A stretch of DNA of 64,000 bases from an uncultured delta proteobacterium (GCA_963815115.1 CAWFFN010000005.1:160001-224000), one strand, 5' to 3'; positions 1-9,695 are shown, counted from the stretch's first letter. Made by a program: numbers and translations. The notes: generated from the letters alone by a model not told the origin.

Positions 1-398
1 TTCGTGCAGTCGCCGTTCGGGCAGGTCTTCGCCTTGATCTTGTAGCACTTGAAGTGGGGCAGGCCCGGCGCGGGCACCGGGTTCGGCTTACAGGCGGCCG
101 GCGAGCACGGGGCGCCGTTGACGCAGCAGCTCTTCAGGCTCGGCACGCAGAGCATCACGGGTTGCAGCTTGAAGACGAGCTCACGGCCGAACTGGTTGTC
201 GACCTGGAGGAGCGCGGACTTGGAGGTCGTTCCGACGAGCGCCTTGTCCTTGATCTTGTAGCACTTGAGATGGTTGCACGCCGGATCGAGCGGGCTCGTG
301 CAGGCGGTGCCGGGCGACTGTCCCCGGGCAGGGAGCGCAGTCAGGACGGCAAGCAATCCAGCGGCCACAGAGAGAGAGACGGATCGTTTCGACGGCAT
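1..398 (-). CDS. Secreted Cys-rich protein with H-x-K-C-Y repeats (DUF7450-like), runs off the window edge
   Basis: Translated by hand (absent from the ORF track). ATG at 398-396 with AAGGAGGAG RBS. Reads MPSKRSVSLSVAAGLLAVLTALPARGQ (signal peptide), then HLKCYKIK..VDNQFG..LCVPS..HFKCYKIK. Confidence 0.75.
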   Translation of the reverse strand, partial: MPSKRSVSLSVAAGLLAVLTALPARGQSPGTACTSPLDPACNHLKCYKIKDKALVGTTSKSALLQVDNQFGRELVFKLQPVMLCVPSLKSCCVNGAPCSPAACKPNPVPAPGLPHFKCYKIKAKTCPNGDCT

Positions 399-883
399 CG
401 GCTCCTCCTTGATAGGTTGACGGGCCAATCGCGAACGGGTTCGCAGCGCCTCTAGACCGACGTCCTCAGATGGGACGAGGCAACGTCTCGGAGGCTTGGT
501 ATCGCGCTCCCAAGCTTGAAAGGCAAGCATTTTCTGCAGGGGGCGCGAAGGAGGGCACGCGCGAGGCCCGGCCCCGGTGGTGCGGAACGTTTCCGGGGAG
601 TTGCGGGCCGACCCGTCGGCGTCGATCGTCTCCGCATCGCCGGCGAGACGCCCGAACACGGACCGACCCGGCGGAGGGCTCAGACCGTGGGGACCGTTGC
701 GCCCGGAACGAGGGCCGGCGAGCCCGTCGGCCGCCCTCCCGATGAGGTCGAGCGCGTCATCGGGCTCCCGGAGGCCGCACAGGCCCGCGCGGGAGGTGAC
801 GCTCGCGCCGCGAAGCTCGGGCTCCAGCTCTCAACCGACGGTCGAACGCCACCCGCCGCCTCGTCCATCCACCACGCCAAGTC

Positions 884-982
884 TGCCGCGCCGGCTCCGC
901 CGGCCGCGGCACGGCACTCGCCTGACCCGTGAGCGCCGCACACTCGCGTTCCCTCTCGCCCCGAGACGCAGTCTCGGGGCGA
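884..982. repeat. Palindromic repeat family, copy A (right half only)
   Basis: GCCGCGCCGGCTCCGCCGGCCGCGGCACGGC...CGCCCCGAGACGCAGTCTCGGGGCG matches the right half of the copy at 16081-16177. It abuts the thioredoxin stop. Confidence 0.65.
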
Positions 983-1309
983 TCACACGACTACGTTGCA
1001 GATGGCGCGCACGAGCTGCGCCTTCGGGACGGCGCCGAGGAGCTGCTCCTTCACCTGGCCGCAGTGGATCAGTATCAGATTGGGGATGGCGCGCACCCCG
1101 TACTGCTGCGGGGTCTGGGGATTCTCGTCGACGTTCATCTTGACGACCTTGAGCTTCCCGGCATACTCCCGCGCCAGATCCTCCACGACCGGGCCGATGG
1201 CCCGGCAGGGGCCGCACCAGGGCGCCCAGAAGTCGATCAGCACGGGCGTCGAGCTCTGCAGCACCTCGCGCTCGAAGGACTCGTCGGAGACGGCCAACAC
1301 GTCTGCCAT
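983..1309 (-). CDS. trxA: Thioredoxin
   Basis: DFWAPWCGPC active site and GVRAIP cis-Pro loop; 108 aa from MADVLAV. Confidence 0.95.
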   Translation of the reverse strand: MADVLAVSDESFEREVLQSSTPVLIDFWAPWCGPCRAIGPVVEDLAREYAGKLKVVKMNVDENPQTPQQYGVRAIPNLILIHCGQVKEQLLGAVPKAQLVRAICNVVV

Positions 1310-1387
1310 GCGAGGACCGTAGCAGAGGGTAGACGGCGAGGGAAGAACGCGTGGTGGGCGGCCGCGGCCCCGTGCTAGGAGGCCGCC

Positions 1388-1771
1388 ATGCTGACCGACG
1401 CGGAGGCGCAGGCGCTGTTCGCACGCCGGTGCGACGCCTGGTTGCGCGAGGACATGGACGCGTATCTCGCCTGCTGGGCCGAGGACATGACCTTCGGTTC
1501 CCCGGCACATCCCGAGCCTCTGCGCGGGCGTGCCGCCTACGAGGCGCTGGTGCGCGCCTCGTCCACCGCCGTGCGTCCGGTGCGCTTCGAGGTGGCCCAT
1601 CTCGCGGTGCGGGGCGACGTGGTGCTCGCCGAGTGGGAGATCGAGGCCGAGCATCGCGCCACCGGCACCCGGCTGCGCTGGCGCGGGATGAGCGCCGCCG
1701 GGTACCACGACGGACTCATCGCCTGGTGGCGCGAGTACTGGAACCCGGCCGATCTCGGGATTCGGGGATGA
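1388..1771 (+). CDS. SnoaL-like / NTF2 family protein
   Basis: 127 aa, AGGAGG RBS, typical pattern LRGRAA..GLIAWWREYWN. Confidence 0.85.
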   Translation: MLTDAEAQALFARRCDAWLREDMDAYLACWAEDMTFGSPAHPEPLRGRAAYEALVRASSTAVRPVRFEVAHLAVRGDVVLAEWEIEAEHRATGTRLRWRGMSAAGYHDGLIAWWREYWNPADLGIRG

Positions 1772-1789
1772 CGGTGGCGCGCGCCGCGC

Positions 1790-2632
1790 CTACACCATCG
1801 TCTGGCCGCCGCTCACGTTGAGCGCCTCGCCCGTGATGTAGCCCGCGTCGTCGCTGCACAGGAAGGCGATCGCCGCGGCGACCTCCTCGGCCGTCTCGAG
1901 CCGGCCGAGCGGGATCTCACGCGCGATCCAGCGCTCGACGCTGCCCTCGAGCGCGCCCACCATCTGCTCGAACTGTCCGTCCTTGTTGAGGAGGTCGGTG
2001 TCGACCGTGCCCGGGCAGACGGCGTTGACGGTGATCCCCGCGGGACCGAGCTCCTGGGCCAGGACCTGGGTGAGGAGGATGACGCCCGCCTTGGCGGCGC
2101 AGTAGGCGCCGAGCAGCGGGAAGCCCCGCTTGCCCGCCTGCGAGGAGACGTTGACGATGCGCCCGCCGCGTCCCGCGCCGATCATCCGCTCCGCGCATGC
2201 TCGCGCCACCATCCACGTCCCCTTCAGGTTGACGTCGAGCACCCGGTCCCATTCCTTCTCGGCGATCAGGAGCAGCGGCCCCGCGCCCATGCCCGGGCCG
2301 GCGCCGCCGGCGACGTTGCAGCACAGGTCGACCGGCCCGAGCGTGTCGTGTGCGCGGGCCACGGCGGCGTGCACGTCATCCCAGGACGAGACGTCGGCAC
2401 GCAGCGCCAGGGCCCGCCGGCCGAGACCCTCGATCTCGCGCACCACCTCCGCGAGCTCGTCGCCGCCGGCGACACCGTAGCCCGGAAAATCGGCGTAGGG
2501 GCGCGCGATGTCGAGACAGGCGACGTCGGCGCCCTCGCGGGCGAGCCGCAGCGCCACGGCGCGACCGATGCCCCGTCGGCGCGCCGCGCCGGTGACCAGG
2601 GCGACCTTGCCAGCAATCCCCGCGAGTGCCAT
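1790..2632 (-). CDS. Short-chain dehydrogenase/reductase
   Basis: VTGAARRRGIG, NVSS, YCAAK and VNAVCPG motifs. Confidence 0.93.
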   Translation of the reverse strand: MALAGIAGKVALVTGAARRRGIGRAVALRLAREGADVACLDIARPYADFPGYGVAGGDELAEVVREIEGLGRRALALRADVSSWDDVHAAVARAHDTLGPVDLCCNVAGGAGPGMGAGPLLLIAEKEWDRVLDVNLKGTWMVARACAERMIGAGRGGRIVNVSSQAGKRGFPLLGAYCAAKAGVILLTQVLAQELGPAGITVNAVCPGTVDTDLLNKDGQFEQMVGALEGSVERWIAREIPLGRLETAEEVAAAIAFLCSDDAGYITGEALNVSGGQTMV

Positions 2633-2737
2633 CGCCGTTCGTGCGGCGGGTTAGCACCACCAGAGCGACGGGCGCAAACCGCGATGCGACAAATCGAGGG
2701 TGGCGTGTCAACCCGGCGGTATGGTACCGATCCAAGC

Positions 2738-3928
2738 ATGCTACGTCGTGCACTCCTGGCCGTTGCCCTACTCCCGATGCTCGCAGCACCCGCGTTGGCG
2801 CGTCGCTCGTACACGGTGCGCGTGCCGGCGTTCGAGGTGCCGGCGGCTCACAATCGGGAGATCTGCGTCTATGTCCCCCTGTCCTCGAAGAAGGAGATGG
2901 ACATCGGCGAGGTCCGCATCCTGAACCGCGGCGGCACGTCCTCCTTCGCCACACACCACCTGATCGTCTATGCCTACCACGGCAGCCCGGAGTCGGTCGC
3001 CGGCGTCGAGGGGAAGGTGATCGACGACACCGCGTGCCTGAACTTCGGCAGCGGGAAGCCCTCCGACCTGCAGCTCGTGGCGACGTCGCAGGGGCCGGAC
3101 ACGCGCTGGCTGACGCCTCGTGGCACCGCACTCGAGCTACAGCCCGGCACGACGACCGCGGGGAAGAAGGTCATCGGCCTCGTACTGAACTCGCACTGGA
3201 TCAACGGCGACAGCGTGCCGCACAAGGCTCGGGCGAAGATCACCTTCGTGACCCGCAAGGCGAAGGAGGTGAAGCGCCAGCTCAAGCCGATCTTCGAGGT
3301 CGTCGCGAACGGCTTCATCGACGTCCCTCCGGGCGCCACCCGACAGGTCGGCTGGACCTGGGGGCCCAACCGCCTCGACATCGGCGGGTTCCTCGGTGGC
3401 TCGAACTATCCCAAGGGGCCTGCTTGCGTGACCATGTTGACCAGCCACATGCACAAGCGTGGCGCGCTCTTCACGACCGACTTCGTCGACAGCACGGGGA
3501 CCAAGAAGCAGCTCTATGCCAACACGCAGTACTCCGATCCGCCCGCACGGAGCTTCACCCCGCCGATGCTGGTGTCGCCAGGTGAGCACATCGAGTACCA
3601 CTGCACCCACGACAACGCGACCAATCCCAAGCTCGGCTGCGAGGAGCAGCCCGGGCAGACCCCGGGTCAGTCGGTGTCGACGCTGATTCTCGAGTACGGC
3701 GATTTCACCCACCTCGACGGCGCGGCGAAGAGCTGCACGCGCCAGGGACCGAGCCCCGACGAGTGCCCGGCCACCGACCCGAAGTATCCCGACCGCAGCT
3801 TCACCGGGAACTGCGTCCCGGCGAATCTCGTCTTCGGCTTCACCTCCGAGGACGACATGTGCATCCTGCCGGGCTACTACTACGACGCGGATCCGGCCGC
3901 CGCGCCCGGGCAGGAGTGCACGCTGTAG
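2738..3928 (+). CDS. Secreted copper type II (PHM/DbH-like) monooxygenase-like protein
   Basis: Signal peptide MLRRALLAVALLPMLAAPALA. HHLIVY plus NSHWIN (CuH-like ligands) and SHMH plus EDDMC (CuM-like ligands). Confidence 0.75.
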   Translation: MLRRALLAVALLPMLAAPALARRSYTVRVPAFEVPAAHNREICVYVPLSSKKEMDIGEVRILNRGGTSSFATHHLIVYAYHGSPESVAGVEGKVIDDTACLNFGSGKPSDLQLVATSQGPDTRWLTPRGTALELQPGTTTAGKKVIGLVLNSHWINGDSVPHKARAKITFVTRKAKEVKRQLKPIFEVVANGFIDVPPGATRQVGWTWGPNRLDIGGFLGGSNYPKGPACVTMLTSHMHKRGALFTTDFVDSTGTKKQLYANTQYSDPPARSFTPPMLVSPGEHIEYHCTHDNATNPKLGCEEQPGQTPGQSVSTLILEYGDFTHLDGAAKSCTRQGPSPDECPATDPKYPDRSFTGNCVPANLVFGFTSEDDMCILPGYYYDADPAAAPGQECTL

Positions 3929-3958
3929 GGCGAGCGGAGCGACCCGGCGTGATCGCTC

Positions 3959-6403
3959 TCACGCCGGGTGTGGCAGGCGGTCGAGAACGGTGAAGGCGAC
4001 GAGCGCCACGGCATAGCCCATCGCCGCGGCGACGAGGACCGCGGTGAAGCTGCCGAGGATCGCCACGATGATGGCGAGGACCGAGCCGAGCACGCTCATG
4101 CCGCCGTTGACCGCCCACATCCACGGCACGCTGTCCTTGCCGTGCGTCGACACGATGCGGATGCCGGTCGGGAAGGGCATCCCCATCAGGAAGCCGAGCG
4201 GCACGACGAGCAGCACGGTGAGCGCTCCGCGCATCCAGAGCGGCTGGCCGAGCGCCCGGCTGATGATGGCCGGATAGACGAACGCCACGCCCAGCAGCGC
4301 CACCGTCAGGACCCCGAGCGCCACCGGAAGCGACAGCCGCGGCCACGACGACGCGTAGCTCCCGACGCCGGCGCTGAAGAGCAGGGCCGCGAGCACCAGC
4401 GCGAGCGAGCGGGACGGGTGGCCGAGGAGCAGCGCGAAGCGCTGCATGAGCGCGATCTCGACGAAGATGAAGGCGCCGCCCAGACAGGCGAAATAGAGCA
4501 GCCAGACCGGAAACATCGGCAGCGCCCCGCGTCCCGAGCGCAGCAGCGGGAGGAACATGAAGAGGGCGACCGCGATCCCGGCGAGCACCAGCAGCGCGTA
4601 CAGCGTCAACGAGGCCCAGTGGCCGCGAACCAGGTTGGGCGCGTTGCTCTCCGTGCGGAGCCGGGCGAGAACCGGAACCTTGTCGTAGTTGAAGAAGAAC
4701 GGATTGTCGTCGTACACGGGGTCGACCCGGAGCGGAAGCGATTTGAAGTACGCCCGCTGCCGGCCCTGGGCTCTCGCCTTGACCGTCTGCTGCACGATGC
4801 GCTGCTGCTGGTCGTGGGCCTCGCCGTCCGCCAGCGGATGCATGAAGCGGCCGGGCCCGTCCGGCTGTCCGCTGTCCACGTAGCGTTGCACCTGGGCGCG
4901 TGCCGCCGCGACCTCCTCCGGTGCGAACGGCGTGTTGCGGACGCAGACGGTGCTGTAGGGCGCAGCGAACGCGAGGACGTTCTTCCCCGGTCGAGGGAGC
5001 TTCAGGCGATAGAGCGCCTCGAGGGCGACGCTGAAGAGTCGCGGGCCCTCCACCGAGTAGTCCCAGCGCGTGACACACATCGTCCCGCCCGGCTTGAGAT
5101 GCGAGATGTAGTCCATGAAGGCGTCGACCGTGTACAGGTAGGTCTCCGAGAGGACGTAGGCGCCGCTGCTCATCGCGGTCAGGGTGTCGACCACGTTCAT
5201 CGCGATCACGTCGTAGCGGTACGGGGTGTTGCGGACGAAGCTCCGGCCGTCCTCCACGATCAGGCGGACGCCGGGGAGGTTCGCGAGCCCATGCGTCGCG
5301 TCGCGGTACTCGTTCGACAGCAGGCGGCCCGTGGTCGGGTTGATCTCGATCCCGTCGACGTGCTGCGCTCCGGCGCGCAGCGCCAGGTAGACGTCGATGC
5401 CGCCGCCGACCCCGATCACGAGGACGCGCTCGGGCGACCTGTGAAAGAGGTAGGGGGTCTCGTGATCGACGAAGAGCTGCTGGGGAGGAAACGGGGGTGC
5501 CGGCGACCTCGCCTGCGTGACGATCCCCGTCCAGGCATCGCCGTCGATGTACACCCGCTTCTCGAGCGGATTGTTCTTCGTGGACACCACGTCGATCCGC
5601 GACAGGGCGTTCCACTCCGACAGCTCGACCACCTTCTCGTCGCCCGCGGCGAGTTGCTCGAAGTTCGCGTTGATGGCCTTCAGCGGGTCGGAGCGCAGGA
5701 TGCGGTTCACCTGCGGCGCCAGCAGGAAGATCGCGGCAAGCGGGACGGCCAGGCCGGCGAGGACCGCCCGGCTGCTGCGCCGGCGCGGGTCCCCAAGCAG
5801 GATGGGGACGGCGACCAGCAGGCACGCGAGCACGATGCAGCGAACCGCGCCCAGCGGCTGCATGAGGGCGAGAAACGCCACGCAGCCGACCGCGGCGCCG
5901 ACCAGGTCGGCGAAGTAGAGCACGGAGATGTGCGCCGCCTGATCGCGATAGATCGAGCCCAGGATCCAGCCGGCAAAGAAGTACGGACAGACGGCCGCGG
6001 CATAGGTCGCGAGCATCAGGAGGAACTGGGGAGCGCTGTGGAAGATCGACTGCAGCTGCACTCCCAGCTGCGGGACCAGGAACGAGGAGAGCAGGGTGGT
6101 GAGGACGAAGCCGACGGCGGCCGAGCGCAGCGTGAGCACGCGGACGAGCAGGTTGCGCTCGCCGAAGGCGAGCCAGGTTCCGCTGATCCCGAACCCCAGG
6201 AGGGCGATCGAGACGATGAAGTAGACCAGGTGGTTCCAGTAGACGAGGGCGTAGATGCGCGTCTGCAGGAGCTGCAGGAGCAGGGTCGAGAGGGCGACGC
6301 AGAATGCGACCGTCGCCGGAAACCACAGGCGGGGACGTTGCTCGTCCGCCACCGCGAGCATCTCCGCCTCGCCGCGCCGCCTCGCCTCGCCCGCTGTCGT
6401 CAT
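3959..6403 (-). CDS. Membrane-fused spermidine synthase-like / class I SAM-dependent transferase
   Basis: Multi-TM N- and C-terminal regions flank VLVIGVGGG..EINP..EDGR..YDVI..HLKPGG. Start is approximate. Confidence 0.85.
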   Translation of the reverse strand: MTTAGEARRRGEAEMLAVADEQRPRLWFPATVAFCVALSTLLLQLLQTRIYALVYWNHLVYFIVSIALLGFGISGTWLAFGERNLLVRVLTLRSAAVGFVLTTLLSSFLVPQLGVQLQSIFHSAPQFLLMLATYAAAVCPYFFAGWILGSIYRDQAAHISVLYFADLVGAAVGCVAFLALMQPLGAVRCIVLACLLVAVPILLGDPRRRSSRAVLAGLAVPLAAIFLLAPQVNRILRSDPLKAINANFEQLAAGDEKVVELSEWNALSRIDVVSTKNNPLEKRVYIDGDAWTGIVTQARSPAPPFPPQQLFVDHETPYLFHRSPERVLVIGVGGGIDVYLALRAGAQHVDGIEINPTTGRLLSNEYRDATHGLANLPGVRLIVEDGRSFVRNTPYRYDVIAMNVVDTLTAMSSGAYVLSETYLYTVDAFMDYISHLKPGGTMCVTRWDYSVEGPRLFSVALEALYRLKLPRPGKNVLAFAAPYSTVCVRNTPFAPEEVAAARAQVQRYVDSGQPDGPGRFMHPLADGEAHDQQQRIVQQTVKARAQGRQRAYFKSLPLRVDPVYDDNPFFFNYDKVPVLARLRTESNAPNLVRGHWASLTLYALLVLAGIAVALFMFLPLLRSGRGALPMFPVWLLYFACLGGAFIFVEIALMQRFALLLGHPSRSLALVLAALLFSAGVGSYASSWPRLSLPVALGVLTVALLGVAFVYPAIISRALGQPLWMRGALTVLLVVPLGFLMGMPFPTGIRIVSTHGKDSVPWMWAVNGGMSVLGSVLAIIVAILGSFTAVLVAAAMGYAVALVAFTVLDRLPHPA

Positions 6404-6569
6404 GGGGGCGGCAAGATAGCGCAGTCGGGCGCCGTCATGAACCGCCGCCGGCGCCGGTGCTCGCGCCGGCCCGACCGGCGCCGCGAGGCGGCCTTGACCC
6501 GCGTTCGCCGTGCGCCGTACTTCCCGACGGAGGGTATCTCGTGCCGTGACCAGGCCAGGAGGGAGCGCG

Positions 6570-6854
6570 ATGGAATCGACGTTCTGGAAGCGCTGCAGCA
6601 CGTGCAAGAAGGAGATTCCCTTCCGGGCCGCCTACTGGGTGTGCAACGTGTCGACCTGCAACCGCGCGAACACGGGGTTTGCCTTCTGCTCGGTGAACTG
6701 CTGGGACGCGCACGTGCCCATGCTGCGCCATCGTGAGTCGTGGGCCGAGGAGGCGCGCTCGCCGACGCCGGAGGAATGGGCGCGGCGCCAGCGGGAGACG
6801 GCTGCGAAGCAGGGCCGGCGCGGCGTCCGCAATCTCGGCCGCCCCGGGCGCTGA
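6570..6854 (+). CDS. Small Cys6/His zinc-finger protein (ZZ/PHD-like)
   Basis: AGGAGGGA RBS; 94 aa with CSTC-x12-CNVSTC-x9-CSVNC-WDAH..RH. Confidence 0.8.
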   Translation: MESTFWKRCSTCKKEIPFRAAYWVCNVSTCNRANTGFAFCSVNCWDAHVPMLRHRESWAEEARSPTPEEWARRQRETAAKQGRRGVRNLGRPGR

Positions 6855-6915
6855 GTCGGACGGCTGGCACTGCCTGGCGACTGCAGGTATCTGTCGGCGA
6901 GCGAGCGAGGACTCC

Positions 6916-7911
6916 ATGAGGACGCGTGAACTGCTGAAGCTGCGCAACACCGGTCATCCCGGCATCAACGCGCTCTTCGCCAAGGCGCATTCGGCCGACT
7001 GGGACTTCGAGAAGGACGTCGACTGGAGCGTGCCGGTCGAGCCCGAGGATCCGCTCGTGGGACACGGGTGGGCCGCATACGGCAAGACGCCGACGTTCCA
7101 GGCCCTCCCCGAGCCGGCGAAGGTCCACGCGACCCGGCGCGCGGTCGGCCGCATGCTCAACATTCTCCAGGTCGGCGAGAGCGTGGCGCAGAACGTCTGC
7201 GCCAGGCTGGTCCTCACGCTCCGCGAGGAGGACTACCGCAACCACGCCGCGGCGCAGGCGATGGACGAGGCCCGGCACCATCTCGCATACCGCCGCTTCC
7301 TCGACGCGATGGACGAGCAGGTCGAGGACATCGACGCCGGCACCGAGATGATGTTCGACGCCCTCCTGGCGATGAACGATCCCCTCGAGCTGATCGCGAC
7401 CGAGCAGTTCTTCCTCGAGAGCTTCGCGATGAGCATCTTCGAGGGCATCCGCCGGGAGGCACGGCACCCGTTGCTGCGCAGGATCATCGAGCTCATCACG
7501 CGAGACGAGAGCCGCCACATGGGATTCGGTGTCCTGTACATCGCGGAGTGGATGCGCCGGGAGCCGCTCGAGCGCCGGATCGCGTTCGCGCGCCGCTGGA
7601 TGGCACAGATACTCGGCTCCGTGCTGGACCGTCCCGGTCCGATCATGCTCGCGCGCGTCATCCGCCGGCTGCGCGAGGCGGGCGTGGCCGATGCGGAGAC
7701 GCTGGCACCCCGGATGCTGCGCGAGCAGCAGGAGATCAACGCCGCCGAGCTCGCCGAAGCCGCCTCGGGCGCGAGCGTTCCTCACCTCCTGCGCAGCGCG
7801 CGCCGCGCGGGCCTGCTCGAGCCCGAGATCCTGGAGGCGCTCGACCTGTCGAGCGAGCCCTTGATTCTCGGGGCGCTGCGCGGGTCGATCGAGGCGGAAG
7901 CGCGCGCCTAG
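6916..7911 (+). CDS. Ferritin-like diiron protein (AurF/N-oxygenase-like)
   Basis: Two ExxH motifs (DEARH, DESRH) with upstream Glu ligands (GE, LE); N-terminal W-D-x3-DVDW. Confidence 0.8.
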   Translation: MRTRELLKLRNTGHPGINALFAKAHSADWDFEKDVDWSVPVEPEDPLVGHGWAAYGKTPTFQALPEPAKVHATRRAVGRMLNILQVGESVAQNVCARLVLTLREEDYRNHAAAQAMDEARHHLAYRRFLDAMDEQVEDIDAGTEMMFDALLAMNDPLELIATEQFFLESFAMSIFEGIRREARHPLLRRIIELITRDESRHMGFGVLYIAEWMRREPLERRIAFARRWMAQILGSVLDRPGPIMLARVIRRLREAGVADAETLAPRMLREQQEINAAELAEAASGASVPHLLRSARRAGLLEPEILEALDLSSEPLILGALRGSIEAEARA

Positions 7912-7930
7912 CCGCCGCCTAGCCGTCGGA

Positions 7931-8407
7931 TCAGCTCGCTGCCGCGGCCAGCGCGTCGCCGGTGAGCCGATGCATGGTCCAGGTGTCCAGCGCGACGGCG
8001 CCGAGACGCCGGTAGAACCCCAGCGCGGGGGCGTTCCAGTCGAGCACGGCCCACTCCAGCCGGCCGTACCCCCGCGCCACGGCCAGCCGCGCGACGTGCG
8101 CGAGCAACGCGCGCCCGATCCCGCGACGGCGGTGCGATTCCAGGACGAAGAGATCCTCGAGCCAGAGTCCCTGCTTGCCGAGCCACGTCGAGTAGGTCGG
8201 GAAGCAGAGCGCGAACCCGACCGTCTCGCCGTCGTCCTCGGCCAGGAAGCACTCGAACGGTGGTCGCGGGTCGGCGAGCTGTGCCCGGATCACGTCGGGC
8301 GTCGAGAGGACGGCGTCGGGCTCGCGCTCGTACGCGGCCAGCGCGGCGATCAGCCGGTGAACCTCCGCAGCGTCCTCGGGCGCGGCGGGGCGGATGGTCG
8401 TCGACAT
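7931..8407 (-). CDS. GNAT N-acetyltransferase (SSAT-like)
   Basis: YSTWLG..LEDLFV..RRRGIG..WAVLDWN..FYRRLGA. Confidence 0.92.
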   Translation of the reverse strand: MSTTIRPAAPEDAAEVHRLIAALAAYEREPDAVLSTPDVIRAQLADPRPPFECFLAEDDGETVGFALCFPTYSTWLGKQGLWLEDLFVLESHRRRGIGRALLAHVARLAVARGYGRLEWAVLDWNAPALGFYRRLGAVALDTWTMHRLTGDALAAAAS

Positions 8408-8507
8408 GACACGGGATCGTGCCCCAGCGCCGGTCCGCGATCCAGCGCGTCCTCGAATCGGCACTTCTCGCGTGGTACGAGTCCGGCGAGCAGCCGGAAC
8501 GTTGGTG

Positions 8508-9695
8508 ATGAAGCATGTTGGCTTCGCGGTGCGCGCGCCGGGCGACGGGTCGGGACGCGACGTGCTCGACGATCTCGCCGCGCGCGGCTTCACGCGGCGT
8601 CACGTGCTGCGCGTCGCCGCGCTGCTGAGCGCGAGCGCGGCCCTGCCCCTCGGCTCGGAGCGCGCGCTCGCCCAGCTCTCCAACACGGGTGCGCTTCCCG
8701 ACGACGCGGTGAAGATCAATGCCAACGAGTTTCCCGAGGGCCCGTCGGAGCGTGCACTCGCAGCGCTGGCCGGGGCGGCGCGACGTGGGAACCGCTACCA
8801 GTACCCGGAGACCGACGGCCTCGTCGAAGCGGCCGCCGCGCTCGAGGGGCTGAAGCCCGAGCACTTCGCGGTGTACCCGGGTTCGAGCCTGGCGCTGCAT
8901 CACGCCGTGATCGCGTTCACCTCGCCCGAACGCGCGCTGGTCGTCGCCGAGCCGGGCTACGAAGCTGCGGCCGTCGCGGCGACCTTCATCGGCGCACCCG
9001 TCGTCCGCGTGCCGTTGCGCGCGGACGCCTCCCACGACCTGCCGGCCATGCTGGCGGCCTCCAGGCAGCACCCGGCCGGGTTGTTCTACGTGTGCAATCC
9101 CAACAACCCCACCGGCACGGTGACGCCGCGCGCCCAGATCGAGGCGCTGGTGGCGGCCATGCCGCGCGACTCCGTGATGCTGCTCGACGAGGCGTACATC
9201 CACCTGTGCGACGAGCCGCGCGGCGTCGACCTCGTGCGGGCGGGCAAGAACGTCGTCGTGCTGCGCACCTTCTCGAAGATCTTCGGCATGGCCGGCCTGC
9301 GCGCCGGGTTCGCGATCGCCCGCAAGGACCTCCTGGCGCGCATGACGCCCTGGAACACCGGCGCGATGCCCGCCACCGCCATGGCCGCGGCGCACGCGGC
9401 GCTGGGCGAGACCGAGCTCATCGCCGCGCGCAAGCGCGGCAATGCGGAGCGCCGCGCCGACCTGATGCGCTTCTTCGACGCGCACGGCTTCCGCTACACG
9501 CCGTCCGTCGCCAACCACCTGATGGTCGACGCGCGCCTGCCCACCAGCCAGGTGATCGACGGGCTGAAGCAGCGCAACGTCTACATCGGCCGTCCGTGGC
9601 CGGCGTGGCCGACGCACGCGCGCGTCTCGATCGGCAGCGCTCCGGACATGGAGCGCTTCAAGAGCGCGTTTCTCGCGGTCGTGGGGCGCGGGTAG
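8508..9695 (+). CDS. PLP-dependent class I/II aminotransferase (HisC-like) with Tat signal
   Basis: FTRRHVLR..ALA signal; NANE, CNPNNPTG, DEAY and RTFSKIFGMAGLRAG motifs. Confidence 0.88.
   Translation: MKHVGFAVRAPGDGSGRDVLDDLAARGFTRRHVLRVAALLSASAALPLGSERALAQLSNTGALPDDAVKINANEFPEGPSERALAALAGAARRGNRYQYPETDGLVEAAAALEGLKPEHFAVYPGSSLALHHAVIAFTSPERALVVAEPGYEAAAVAATFIGAPVVRVPLRADASHDLPAMLAASRQHPAGLFYVCNPNNPTGTVTPRAQIEALVAAMPRDSVMLLDEAYIHLCDEPRGVDLVRAGKNVVVLRTFSKIFGMAGLRAGFAIARKDLLARMTPWNTGAMPATAMAAAHAALGETELIAARKRGNAERRADLMRFFDAHGFRYTPSVANHLMVDARLPTSQVIDGLKQRNVYIGRPWPAWPTHARVSIGSAPDMERFKSAFLAVVGRG

Noticed and set aside
452-880. ORFs in the region between the first gene and trxA
   Set aside because: No RBS, motif or consistent codon bias. 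Probably intergenic DNA, possibly including degenerate parts of the repeat element.
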